A stretch of DNA of 64,000 nucleotides from Octopus sinensis (Eukaryota), in the NCBI RefSeq assembly GCF_006345805.1, contig NC_043009.1, forward strand, positions 18,786,001 through 18,850,000. The letters are read 5' to 3'. Below, piece after piece: positions 1 through 12,259 of this stretch (position 1 is its first letter; the number at the start of each line of letters is the position of its first letter). The notes beneath the pieces were generated by a model, which searched no databases, had not been told where the DNA came from, and saw only the letters and a list, made by a program, of their open reading frames with translations. Both the position numbers and the translations under genes were made by a program.

Positions 1-524
1 CGCTTCCTTTTCCAGAAAAGGAAAGATTTGGCTGTTATTTCTAACATGCCCTGCTACCATGTAACAGCTGCTTGCGTTCACACAGAAATATTTACCAACG
101 TTTTTCCTTCCATTTATTTTTTCCACTTTATGGAAGTCAATATTTTCTCCGTTGACATTCACGTCAGCGAGTTCACGGATCAAGTGGAAACATCAATCAC
201 TGTTCCCTTTTGATAGGAGAAAGAGATTTTCCGCTATCTTTGCAAGCAATAAGTGGGTGGATTTGGTTTCAAATCCAGGCAGGACCGAACGAGGTCCTAC
301 AAGTTATTTATAATAATAATTGGCGTTATATCAGGGTTGAAAGAATGATGCGTACAATATTAAATATGCTACCGGTTTTTCGGAAATTTAGGGTTAAAAT
401 CTTCTTAAAATCTTCACTTCGCTCTCACTACAACCATCATTCCCTTTTACAGCCACTGTGTTATCATTGAAGCTATAACCCCAATCACTATTCACAACTA
501 TGATAACGACATTGCAGTTACTTT

Positions 525-1117
525 TGTAACGAACTTCGTGTGTGTGAATATCTATTCTTGTACTTTCGGGGTACAAGAAAGCAATCACTCACTAGCCGTT
601 GCTTTAATAATCCAGAATCTCTACCCGTCAGAAACAACAAGACGCAGACGTAAAATATATATATACTACTTTATTCTCTTTCTTGGTAACAATAACAATA
701 AGTGTGTTATCTGATGTCCTTGGTTCTGGGCGCGCAAGGCTGAAAGTTAATCGATTGTAATATTTACAATGTTCAGCCGCCCAAAACAGAAACGGATTCA
801 AGATGGCGTCGAACAATGGAGACGATGTTGGTCTGCAACAATTTTGGTTAAAGGCCTTTGGTAAGGACTGCTAGAATCAGTTCGAACGGAGAGAAAATAT
901 TAACGTCCTGCTCCTTAGGTCGCTGCTGTCCCAAGTCGCCGCTGCTGCTGCTAGCGGTCAAACGTTCTACGATCCCCCTGCCTTGGTCAGGATCGTGCTT
1001 CCGGTGGTTCGCGCATGCGCGAGAGGGCCCTTCCTTTCTCTGCCTTGGTAAAGGCACCAACACGCGCGAAATACAAATGGACGGTGCGCGAGCGCGCGCC
1101 GTTATAGGGTCACTACA
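525..1117 (-). repeat. 3' LTR
   Basis: TGTAAC...CTACA. Minus-strand AATAAA at 670-675. The PPT-like tract (TGGAGGGGAGCCT on minus) abuts it at 1118-1130. Confidence 0.92.
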
Positions 1118-2645
1118 AGGCTCCCCTCCAGTGCGTACGCACGAAAGGAAACTTATTGTAGTGACTGCAAAACTTAAGGTGGACACCAGATAACCAAATA
1201 GCACACAATAATATAATGGCAAAATTTATAACATACACAAGAAATTTACTAAAGGAAAAAGAGAAAAAATACTCAATGAGCAAAAATCAAGAGTGCATGC
1301 ATGAAAGTGTATACGTCACAAAGTATAAAGCCTTCCGCTGTAAGGAGCGGAGGGAAAGCAAAACTCACAGTTAATGAACCTAAACGAAATTAAAATCCAA
1401 CTTCTCTAAAGGTGGTTGATCCTGCAAAATAGCAGTTAAATCAATTGCTGCAGGAGAGGAAATGGAATTGGCAGAAACTCGCTAGTAACACAAAAGGCAA
1501 AAGTGCAAACATGCTGGTGTGATGCGCGACACAGATAATTTTCTGTTAATTACGTGACCAACAGTGGTCTAACAGGGAAAATAATTACGCCTAAACATGG
1601 CGCAGCGCATGTGAACATCCGACGTCCTATGAGTCGGGAAAAACTAAGCTACTGCAAACGTGTTGCAAAAAACAAGGCAAGTACACGTGCGGAGCAAGAG
1701 GCGCATGAAATGCAATAGAGCTTGCCAGACCGAAAAACAGCAAATGAATATGCCAGTGGTTAAGCGATTATATGCCTCGTTCGTACAGGAACAAATGTAT
1801 GACATGCTGGCGCGTTATAATGGACAAACAACCCTCTCTATGTATACGTGACCGACCTAGGGTCTATAGAAATGAGGGGTGTCCACAAAAGGCAAATTCA
1901 GCATGGAAAAAAAAACAAGCGAGAAAAGCATGTGTGACGTATGTATGTGAGAGATAGCATTTATGTGTGTGTACGTGTGTGCGACAAAATACATACAAGG
2001 TGAATGCGAGCAAAATGTAAAAACATACAGCGCATAGAAAAAAATGTCTCTCATGTGCTATTTCAGACAAGAATTAATTTACCAGTCTGTAATAGCCTGA
2101 TGTACAATAGCAGTTCGTTCTGTAACAGAATGTTGAGATCACAAATGCAGATGCCGATTGAACACATATCGTGTAACGGTTGTGGCTTCAATGCTGTGAC
2201 AGTTTAACTGGAACAGAAGAAATCTCGTAGATAGTGCTGGGCTGTGAATTCTTGGTGTGCTAATGCACAAACGGCAAGTGGACCAAACTTCCGCGAGTTG
2301 CTATGTACATTTTGGTCGACGGTGTTGAAAGGCGACGGTGGTGGAGGAAGGCGACTGTAGTGGACTTGGGACAACATCGTTCTTAGTGATGATGGCGACG
2401 AAGATAGCGACGACGTGAAGTAGAAAGACGACGACTGCGATGACGAAGGTGGAGAAAAGGCATCGATGATGTGATGGCGTTCGTCATCATGGCTGTAGAA
2501 TAAGAAAGAGGCTCCTTCTACAACTGTTTGTGGTGGCCGGAAACAAATCGTCGAAAGATGAATGCGTAGAGTTAAATCGTGTTCCGACTTCGCAGGAAAA
2601 CTGGATTTTTTTTTGTTGTTAAGTGATCTCTGGTTTTAGACCAGA

Positions 2646-2663
2646 ATCACGTCGGGGTCACCA
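2646..2663 (-). promoter_or_regulatory. Primer binding site complementary to tRNA-Trp 3' end
   Basis: Minus strand reads TGGTGACCCCGACGTGAT, the complement of the 3' 18 nt of eukaryotic tRNA-Trp including CCA. Confidence 0.92.
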
Positions 2664-2664
2664 C

Positions 2665-3257
2665 TGTAACGAACTTGATGTGTGTGAATATCTATTCTTG
2701 TACTTTCGGGGTACAAGAAAGCAATCACTCACTAGCCGTTGCTTTAATAATCCAGAATCTCTACCCGTCAGAAACAACAAGACGCAGACGTAAAATATAT
2801 ATATACTACTTTATTCTCTTTCTTGGTAACAATAACAATAAGTGTGTTATCTGATGTCCTTGGTTCTGGGCGCGCAAGGCTGAAAGTTAATCGATTGTAA
2901 TATTTACAATGTTCAGCCGCCCAAAACAGAAACGGATTCAAGATGGCGTCGAACAATGGAGACGATGTTGGTCTGCAACAATTTTGGTTAAAGGCCTTTG
3001 GTAAGGACTGCTAGAATCAGTTCGAACGGAGAGAAAATATTAACGTCCTGCTCCTTAGGTCGCTGCTGTCCCAAGTCGCCGCTGCTGCTGCTAGCGGTCA
3101 AACGTTCTACGATCCCCCTGCCTTGGCCAGGGTCGTGCTTCCGGTGGTTCGCGCATGCGCGAGAGGGCCCTTCCTTTCTCTGCCTTGGTAAAGGCACCAA
3201 CACGCGCGAAATACAAATGGACGGTGCGCGAGCGCGCGCCGTTATAGGGTCACTACA
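2665..3257 (-). repeat. 5' LTR
   Basis: Near-identical to 525-1117 and followed on the minus strand by the PBS after a 1-nt spacer. Confidence 0.92.
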
Positions 3258-4016
3258 CTTTCATGCTACTAAATCTCCCACCACCTTTAACTTATAACAA
3301 CAAAACAACCAACACACCTACGGCCATCATAGTATCTCTGTTGACACCACCACATTTCCACGGTAACCACTTTTCCATTTGTAGATAAAAAGGATTCTTT
3401 GTACTGAGCCATGATCAGTTTGATCAGCAAGGACAAGAAATGGACCGCCGTCTTGACGGTTAATGTAAACTCCCTTCCATCGTAATATCGAACGCTATTT
3501 TTTGCAGAAAATTAATGTTAATGGTAAAATAATGACCATGAATTATTGTAACTGCCCCGCTCAATTCCTCTTGTTTCAGCTGACATTCTACCGTATTCGT
3601 AGCGGACCATTATAGAAATATCAGTCTGGAAAGTTGAGAAGAAATGAGTCATTTCCTAAATTAAGACACAATTATACTTTCTCTCTAATTATCTTATCAG
3701 ATTTAGGAAAACGGTAATATTGCACTAGCACTGAAGCAATGTATTTCGCTTTATGTTTTTTTTTTCTTTTTTGTCGTTGAGTTTGATTTTGTTCTTCTTC
3801 CAACATTGGGAATTTATATAATATAGTTAGAGCAGTGTCGAAATTAATTCGTTTAGTGAGAACAACAATGTCTGTCCTGAAGAACTATAAAATACTGATA
3901 TAATAATGATTGAACCGTGATTACAAAACGGTGAATTTGTCTTAACTGCTCTGTACACACACACACACACACACACGCACGCACGCATGCACGCACGCAC
4001 ACACACATATATAAAA

Positions 4017-4170
4017 CTAAACACAAATCTGCATACATACATACATACATGCACAAATGCAGACATACATACCCTGTTGATGTAGGAATTTCAATGAAGG
4101 AGCCTTGGGTCTAGGTGAGAAACCAGTTCTTTTTCTATTGGCAAGAAATATTGAAATAAAGCTGAACAAT
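4017..4170 (+). mobile_element. 3' end fragment of R4/Dong-like RLE LINE
   Basis: Homologous to the 3' termini at about 8430-8600 (minus) and 58190-58330 (plus); ends GAAATAAAGCTGAA. Confidence 0.7.
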
Positions 4171-4776
4171 GTATGTATGTATATACATACATGCATCCAT
4201 CTATCCATCCATCTATCCATCCATCCATCCATCCATCCATCCATCCATCCATCCATCCATCCATCAATACATACATACATCAATACATCCATCCATCCGT
4301 ACATCCATCCATCCATCCATACATCAATACATACATACATCAATACATCCATCCATCCATCCATCCATCCATACATCAATACATACATACATCAATACAT
4401 CCATCCATCCGTACATCCATCCATCCATCCATCCATCCATACATACATACATACATGCATCAATGCATGCATACATACATACATACATCAATACATACAT
4501 CAATACTTACATACATACATACATGCATACATACATGCATGCATACATACATCCATACATACATCCATACATACATACATACATACATACATACATACAT
4601 ACACACACACACATACATACATGCATACATACATACATACATACATACACACATACACATACATACATACATACATACATACATACATACATACATACAC
4701 ACACACACATACATACATACATACATACATACATACATACATACATACATACATACATACATACATACATACATAC
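4171..4776. repeat. Compound (ATCC)n/(ATAC)n microsatellite
   Basis: Read directly; it accounts for the HPSI/HTYI pseudo-ORFs. Confidence 0.98.
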
Positions 4777-5437
4777 GTGTACGGAACTATTTCATTTACT
4801 CCAAATTAGGGAATTTTCTCAGCTGACCATTTATTGAAAGCCGCCCAACTCAGAAATTGTTTGGAGTGGCATTAGAAGTGTCTGATGATGACTTTATTTA
4901 TTCAGTGGAAAAAGGTGGTGTAAATAGTCATTACTTCATATCATTTATGATATTTGTTGAAACTTAATTATGCTTTTAAAACCTATTAATCCCTGCGTTA
5001 TTCCAAACTGAAGCAGTTCTGAAGGAACTTGAAATCCTTCTACTTCTTAACTTTCTGGCCATCAAACTTTGCTGCGCATCGTTGAATTTCTCTTGGTTCT
5101 TAGTAGACTAAACCTAAAGAAGATAGCTTATAAACGAACGAACATGATGAATGCCATGTACTTCAGAATTTGTATCCATTTTTGATAGTTATGTATCAAA
5201 AAGAATTTCCAATGAAATCGAGAGAATCATTTTCGCAGTTTTTATAGTAGCACTTGCTTTTGAAAACTGAAGACAAACCGACTTACAAAGCAGGCAAAAA
5301 GTCCTTGTCATCAGAACATCAGGATAAATGGATTGTAGCGTAACTGATATCCTCACCAGTTGAGAGACATATTAGAAATGATCTCGTGCTAGATAACAAC
5401 CATATTTGGTAGTTTGACTCTATTGTGTCCACTGCTC

Positions 5438-5506
5438 TGATTGGTTGGCATTTGGTGCAGTTTGTCTTTTGACTTATTTCGCGCCAGTGTGTAAGCCAAC
5501 CAATCA
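5438..5506. promoter_or_regulatory. Candidate promoter: E2F-like site between inverted CCAAT boxes
   Basis: TGATTGGTTGGC (5438-5449), TTTCGCGCC (5477-5485) and GCCAACCAATCA (5495-5506). No associated gene was identified. Confidence 0.3.
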
Positions 5507-6762
5507 CGATCTTCATTCCGGCTATATCGCGATGTATAAAGGATACGTGCAGCATCCTCAATTGATCGAAAGCATATCTGGTGACACACGACTAAACAAT
5601 ATAGCAATACTAAATAATGAACGATAGTATCCCATCATGTTTTTTGGAAAAATATTCACAAAATAATTGATAGTTTTTTTTCTTCTGCCAACAAAGGCAA
5701 AAACATCTCTTTCAAGATCCATATAGTGTCATTTGTGTTCATAGTTTTTTCGTTTATATCTAAATAAAATTGCATGGGAGTCGACTGTTCTGCTTCCTTA
5801 ACACGTCCATGGGTATCATTAATATTTACTAAATTGTACATGTTACATGGGAAATAAATGCACAAATACTTGACATAGTGCATCGTACTTGGTTTGTTTA
5901 CTCAGAGTTTACTTGGTTTGTTTACTGAGAACTAAATAGAAAAAAAAAAACAATGTGAAAGAAAAAACACGGAAAGGAAGAACACGTAAATATATGTATA
6001 TGTATGGATACGTATATGTATGTATATGTATGAGCATGTATGTATCTAAATGTGTGTATCGTGATGTACTGGTTTTCTGTAGTAGTTGTGTTGGGTTACT
6101 GGCAGCGTGTAAATGATGAACAACAGTATGCCAACATACTTGTGAACAATTAACAGAAGTTTTATTCATTGCACATAGTATTCTCCATATTGGTCTTCCA
6201 CTGATGAATACAAAAATAATTTACATACATAGAAATAGATAAACTCTTCAGTTATGACAAAATAGCTCTGTGACTACGCTATCACGACTGGAGAAATATC
6301 AGGCTAAATTCATGGCGGCATATCTGTAGATTCCATCTGTTCGGCTGAATATGAAGTTGGTAAAACAACTGTTGGCATGTTGGAAAATGGAAATCTGACG
6401 ATGTAATTACTAAAGCAACTCTTTGGCATTCGGTACCTGTAACTGCTGGTGAATAAAATGAGAATGAAGTTTTCACCGCAACTGGCTCGACATTTTACAA
6501 TTGCGTGGGCCGTCTGGCTCTAGCCAGTGGAGGCGCATCTCGCACAGCTGCCTTCGACACTCTGCAAAGAATTTGACGCTAAAAGTGGTTTTATAAAAGG
6601 TACAAAGAAGATCTAGAAAGCTGAGTCACGTGATGGGTTGATGCTGATTGGTCGACCACATGACACATGACACTTACTAAGCCGTGACACTTAGACGGAA
6701 ATTCAGCGATTCAGTTTCGAATCACGAATCTACTACATATGTGTGTTATAGATATTACTGTA

Positions 6763-8340
6763 TGTATCAGCTCAGTCAACTTGATGGCAACAGCTTCACC
6801 TACCTCTTTGAAGATCTCTGGGGGTATTCCGTCTGTTTAGGGAAGCTCTGTTTAGCAGCTGACTGAAGTGTTCACTCCAGCGCTGTATGATGTCGCTCTT
6901 CTCAGTAAGCAGGGTTCCATCGACAGAGCGCACAGGTGCCATTTCATTTAGCGTGGGGCCATACACGTCTTTCAAGCCGGCAAAGAATTTCTTGGAGCTG
7001 TGCTCGTCTGCACACTGCTGCAGTTCTGCAGCTTTGTTTTCCCACCACTTGTCTTTCATCTGTCGCAGCTCAGTCTGCACCTTTCCTCTGATGTTCTTGA
7101 GACGGTCGTGCTTGGGTTGGGAGTCTTTATCGTTGAGCCAGGCTGTGAACGCTTCTTTCTTCTCCTGGAGGAGGGTGGTGATCATCATACATCATAGAGC
7201 GCTGGAGAGAACACTTCAGTCAGCTGCTAAACAGACTTTCCCTAAACAGACGGAATACCCCCAGAGGTCTTCAAAGAGGGAGGTGAAGCTGTTGCCATCA
7301 AGTTGACTGAGCTGATACAGCAGTTCTAGAACGAAGGGTCAGTGCCGTAGGGGGACAATAGACATGGTCTTTGCAGTACGGCAGATGGAAGAGAAGTGCA
7401 GAGAACAAAACCAGAACCTCTACATCCTCTTCGTGGACCTGACGAAGGCTTTTGACACTCTCAGCCGAGAGGGCCTGTGGGATATCTTGTCCAAGCTAGG
7501 CTGCCCATCAAAGCTCGTCAGGATCATCCAGTCATTTCATGATGGCATGATGGCTCGCATCGTGGAAAACGGAGATGTCTCTGATCCATTCCCGGTCTCC
7601 AATGGTGTGAAGCAAGGCTATGTGATGGCTCCCACACTCTTCAGCCTCATGTTTGCCACCATACTCTTCCGCGCCCTGCCAAAGTCTGATGCTGGTGTCA
7701 CTATTCGCTATAGATATGACAGCCGATTCTTTAAGCCCTAGTAAGAGACTTCCTGTTTGCAGACGATTGTGCGCTTGCAGCATTAAATGAACCAGACCTG
7801 CAAGAACTTGCCTCTTGTCTCGTAGAGGCAGCAAAAGCCTCGGACTGACCATTAGCCTGCGAAAAACTGATGTTTTGTGTGGCCAAGAGTAAAGCTGTGT
7901 TTCCGTTTTGTGTGGCCAAGAGTAAAGCTGGCAAAGTCATACACTGCATCCCGGAAGTTGGCCCAGGCCTTCTCAAGGTTTCCCTCTGCTGGCAGATGTT
8001 CAAGCTGGTTCGCAAGGTTGGCAATGAGGGTCTCTTTTGTTTTTGGTTCATTGAGTTTCTGGACGTTCAGTTCCACCTCCGCTGCTTGCGACGAATCATG
8101 GGAATTTCCTGGGAGGACAGAGTCTCCAACACTGAGGTGCTTCGCAATGCCTAAATGCCCGAGATCCAAGCCCTCATCATGAAGGCCCAGCTCCGGTGGG
8201 TCGGACATGTAATCCGAATGGATGACGCGCATCTACCAAAGATGATCTTCTTCTCTGAGCTGGCTTCTGGAGCAAGAAACCCTGGAAGACCACTAAGGCG
8301 ATACAAGGACAGCCTGAAAACTTCCTTTGAGGCCTGCGCC
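6763..8340. mobile_element. Scrambled RTE-clade LINE with alternating inverted segments
   Basis: Minus 6763-7188 (KKFFAGLKDVYGP...RWSEHFSQLLN); plus 7189-7868 (VDLTKAFD, NGVKQG, FLFADD); minus 7870-8055 (AWANFRDAVY...KRKH); plus 8058-8340 (LRWVGHVIRMDD...GRPLRRYKD). Confidence 0.9.
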
Positions 8341-8429
8341 TTTGGGTTCCGCTCCCACCTTCGGTGTCACTGACGTCATTATCGAACCCTGACAGACTTC
8401 CATTATATTATATTATTTATATATGTGTG

Positions 8430-9440
8430 TATGTATGTCTTTATTCAGCTTATTTCAAGATGTCTTGCCAATAGAGAAACAATCGGTTTCTAAGCTGGAT
8501 CCAAGGTTCCTTCATTGGAATTTCAACATCAACAACAGGATATGTATATATGTATGTATGTGCAGATTTGTATGTTTTATGTATGTATTCTCATGCATAT
8601 AGTTGCATATCTAGACATTCTCATATATATCTAAATGATAAACTTCTGGAAAGTTTTACAGATTTTTACAGTTCCAGTGACGGAGTGGATCTTGTAGTCT
8701 TCGAATTAGCTTTCTTCTTTCTGATTTTGAGATGCTTAATTTCTCAAGATAGGTATTAGGCCCCAATAATTACATGTATAAACCTGAACTTGTAATCTGG
8801 ATAGAGTAACTGCAGATTTCTCAATAGTTCAGCAAAGGTGTTCTCTTTTTCACTTATCTTCAGCTTCATGTTAATATCTACTGGGCAGCTAATTTCCACA
8901 ACTAGTCACAGTTTCTCTTCTCTATCCCAAATCATATCAGGTCTGTTGTGCTTACATTTTATTGAGGTCTTCACTGGTACATTCCACCAGTACTCCTTTT
9001 TATTATGAGTGGCTATGGCTTCTACCATATTGTGGGATCTTATTTCTTTGCCCTCGGGACTATCCTTCCGACGGATATGATGCGACATTCAAAGGTATTT
9101 TGGATCGATGTTAGGCCACTGCCACCTTGTTTTCGTTTTAGGCAGAAGTGGTCTGCGTCTCTGTTTATGTGGAAATTGTGTTTACTTGTTTGTATTTTTC
9201 GGGTTTTTAATCATCGAGCGTCCAGGAGGTGTTAATCTGCCAGTATCTGGGTTCACCACACTGTTGTAAATACTCATCACCAATTTCGTTAACAGCTTTC
9301 AATACCGTATCTGGTGGGGTTTTTTTCACTTATTTTGGTAGAGAATACTCTCTCCTCGAAGGAGTCCTTCAAAGCCAAAGTTATTTTTTCTCGGAAAATT
9401 TCAGTAAGGACACATTTCACTGGCATATAATCCTGACTAT

Positions 9441-9479
<39 letters not shown>

Positions 9480-9577
9480 ACTAATCGTTGCGGTTGTGCC
9501 TGCTATCTACCGTAGTCATAGTAGGAGGACAGTGGTCAGTTACTTGAACCAATAACGTAGTTTGGCTGGCAGGCACT
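8430..9577 (-). mobile_element. Internally deleted R4/Dong-like RLE LINE flanked by (ATAC)n on both sides
   Basis: Minus strand HNRPDMIWDREEKL followed by a VVEISCP...IIGALG-type restriction-like endonuclease remnant. The 3' end is shared with the 4017 and 58330 copies. GTAT arrays lie at both ends. Confidence 0.75.
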
Positions 9578-10167
9578 ATGTATGTATGTATGTATGTACG
9601 TATGTATGTATGCGTGCAGCATGCATTGATACAATACATAAATGACATATATTACACTACTTTAAACCTCACCTAATTAACTGCTAAATCATTCATAACA
9701 TTGATTAATATTACAATTTTGGAGATCTTCAGGAAAAAAGAAATTATTTTTTCAAATATTTTAAAATTTCCTGTCATGAGAGCAAAACTACAATAGATGG
9801 GAGGTAACCCCTAAAGCTTTTTTTTTCACACTTATCTCCCTTGATAAGTATCCAAGTAAAAATTTATTTAATCAAAGGGCGATAAATTTCGTTTGATGAT
9901 CTATCTATTTATCTATCTATCTATCAGTACACACATACACACACAAGTGCTATACTGTGTTTCTGGTAACAGAATGAGCAAAACAATGTTAATGCTGACA
10001 TTTCTCCTGTGAAATATGAAATTTCATTCCCTGACGAATTTCTTAGGAGCGGAGTCAGGAAGAGAACTCAGCTGTAAAATCCTGCCTCCAAATCTGTTCC
10101 TATGGCAGCAATAACAGCGCGGATAAACTGGACATTAAACGTACGATGAACAGTGTGTATGCAAGAA

Positions 10168-10778
10168 CGAGGGCTGTTCATTAAAGATTTCCCCTGACCC
10201 ACTTCCCAAGGAATGGGATAAACGAAATTTAGTATAATTATTAGTCCTTCTCTACATAGCCATCACCAATGGTGACGCATTTCTCCAATCGGTTTATACA
10301 GTTGTGAAGATCTCGTCTGTAGATGTCGGTAGGTTGCTTTACCTAGGAAATAAGTTCATTATCATCCGAAAAGTGTTTCATCTTTAAAAAAGACTTCATC
10401 GCTGGAAAGAGGTAGAATTCAGATGGTGCGGAGTCAGGATGAGGAAGGATTTCATCAGGGCAACATGTGCATTGTGAACTGGGGCGTCGTATTGGAGGGG
10501 CGACTCCTTTGGTCAGCATGCCACGCTTCTCTGCTTTGATAGCGTCCCGCAATTTCTGCAACAGAGAAGCATAGGTCCCGTTAATTGTGGTGCCAGAAAA
10601 CCCATCATCACTACTCCACGCTGGTCCCGAAAGACTGAGGGCTGGGCACGAACCTTCTTTGGAGGTGATGAGTAATCATGTTTCCATTGCTTCGACTGGA
10701 CTTTAATCTCAGGATCATAATAATGACTTATATTTCCTCCTGTGTGATAAGTCTGTTCGCATTTGAACTGGCGATGCC
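10168..10778 (-). mobile_element. Mariner transposon, 3' half (degenerate)
   Basis: TIR CGAGGGCTGTTCATTAAAGATTTCCCCTGAC at 10168; C-terminal LPHPDSAPSEFYLFPAMK motif. Confidence 0.88.
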
Positions 10779-11274
10779 TTTACCCCTCTGACTTAAGACA
10801 TAAAATTCCACGCTCTTCCCCTATCACTTTTCTCGCACACACACGCACACGCACACTCACAGTGAAAAATTCCACCCCGCACACCATAACTGATGTATAC
10901 ATAACCGCTTCTATACACCATCCACTCATATACATATGTGTCATGGCCAGAGTTTTCGAAATTATTAACTATCCTTTTGATCTCAGTTAAAATGCCGAGA
11001 TGCAGTCTTTTGGCTTAGAAAAAAGAATAGTTATGAAATTCCAAAAATGTATCCGAGTTTCCCATACAGAGCGTATCCCGAAGTCAATTATCGCTCCGTA
11101 AGCGCGAACTTCTGTAACCGGAGGTGACCGTAACGAGTTGACTGCCTAATGCCTCGGTGTATGAGTGTACATATGTGTGTGTGCGTGTGTGTGTGTATGT
11201 GTGTGTGTGTGCGTGTGTGAGCGCGTGCACGTATTTAGAGAGGAGATTGATAGATTAACGGATAGACAGATATT

Positions 11275-11872
11275 CGAGGGTTTGCTCATTAAAGATTTCC
11301 CCTGACTCACTGGTTATTGCAGGTAGCGGGACTTGTACAGCTGTAATTATACATATCTCTACGTGTCATATTGTAAATTTCAGCTTTCCACTAGTATTCG
11401 TTTGTTTTTTATGGCTGCTGAAGTGGACTAAGCTGTTATAATGGAGACGGGTGAATGCAGATCAGTGATCGGGTTCTTATACTTGAAAGGTCGTACGACA
11501 AAAGAAACTTTCGATGAGATGAAAGAAGTTTATCGTGACGATGCACCATCATACAACGTAGTCAAGCACCGGCATCGCCAGTTCAAATGCGAACAGACTT
11601 ATCACACAGGAGGAAATATAAGTCATTATTATGATCCTGAGATTAAAGTCCAGTCGAAGCAATGGAAACATGATTACTCATCACCTCCAAAGAAGGTTCG
11701 TGCCCAGCCCTCAGCAGGCAAGGTGACACTCACAGTCTTTCGGGACCAGCGTGGAGTAGTGATGATGGGTTTTCTGGCACCACAATTAACGGGACCTATG
11801 CTTCTCTGTTGCAGAAATTGCGGGACGCTATCAAAGCAGAGAAGTCCGCCCCTCCAATACGACGCCCCAGTT
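11275..11872 (+). mobile_element. Mariner transposon, 5' half (degenerate)
   Basis: TIR CGAGGGTTTGCTCATTAAAGATTTCCCCTGAC at 11275; ORF 11441 has RSVIGFLYLKG, YYDPEIKVQSKQW and SAGKV. Confidence 0.88.
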
Positions 11873-12052
11873 GACAGAGCCTTTCCTCTTCTCATTTCTA
11901 CAATTACATCCATAGAAATAAACCAGAACTTTTTTTCACAGTTCTTACGTGATGCTTTTTTCATTTCTACATTTATTCATTTTATTAATCTTATCTCCAT
12001 TTTCTCTCTTGGTTTTTATAATAATTATATATATATATATTATATATATATA

Positions 12053-12084
<32 letters not shown>

Positions 12085-12259
12085 TGATTGATTGATGATT
12101 GATTAACTGATTGATTGATTGATTGATTGTCAACATACCATATATCGGAAAAAGAAGCACATTCTAAAAAATAGAGCAGTAAATATTAAAACAAAAAGTT
12201 AAATTCTGGTTATAGAGTGACCAAAGGTTTCGTATCCACAAAAGCTACAGCTTTGTGGA

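Larger units (their letters stand above)
525..3257 (-). mobile_element. Non-autonomous LTR retrotransposon (Ty3/Gypsy, CsRn1-like priming), complete, 2733 bp
   Basis: Two 593-bp direct repeats (525-1117, 2665-3257) bounded by TGT...ACA, about 4 mismatches by eye. CTTT duplicated at 521-524 and 3258-3261. PBS and PPT are in the expected positions on the minus strand. No gag/pol ORF in the 1547-bp interior. Confidence 0.93.

Noticed and set aside
848-1222. ORFs of 111-124 aa at 848-1222 and 2988-3297
   Set aside because: They lie within the duplicated LTRs and have no recognisable motif.
1-3560. Coding-like minus-strand sequence flanking the LTR insertion
   Set aside because: Rejoining the empty site gives stops in all frames and no recognisable family; it cannot be supported as a gene.
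4017-4837. Long ORFs of 200+ aa (HPSI/HTYI repeats) and all MYKYIY/CVCV ORFs elsewhere
   Set aside because: They are translations of ATCC/ATAC/TA/CA microsatellites.
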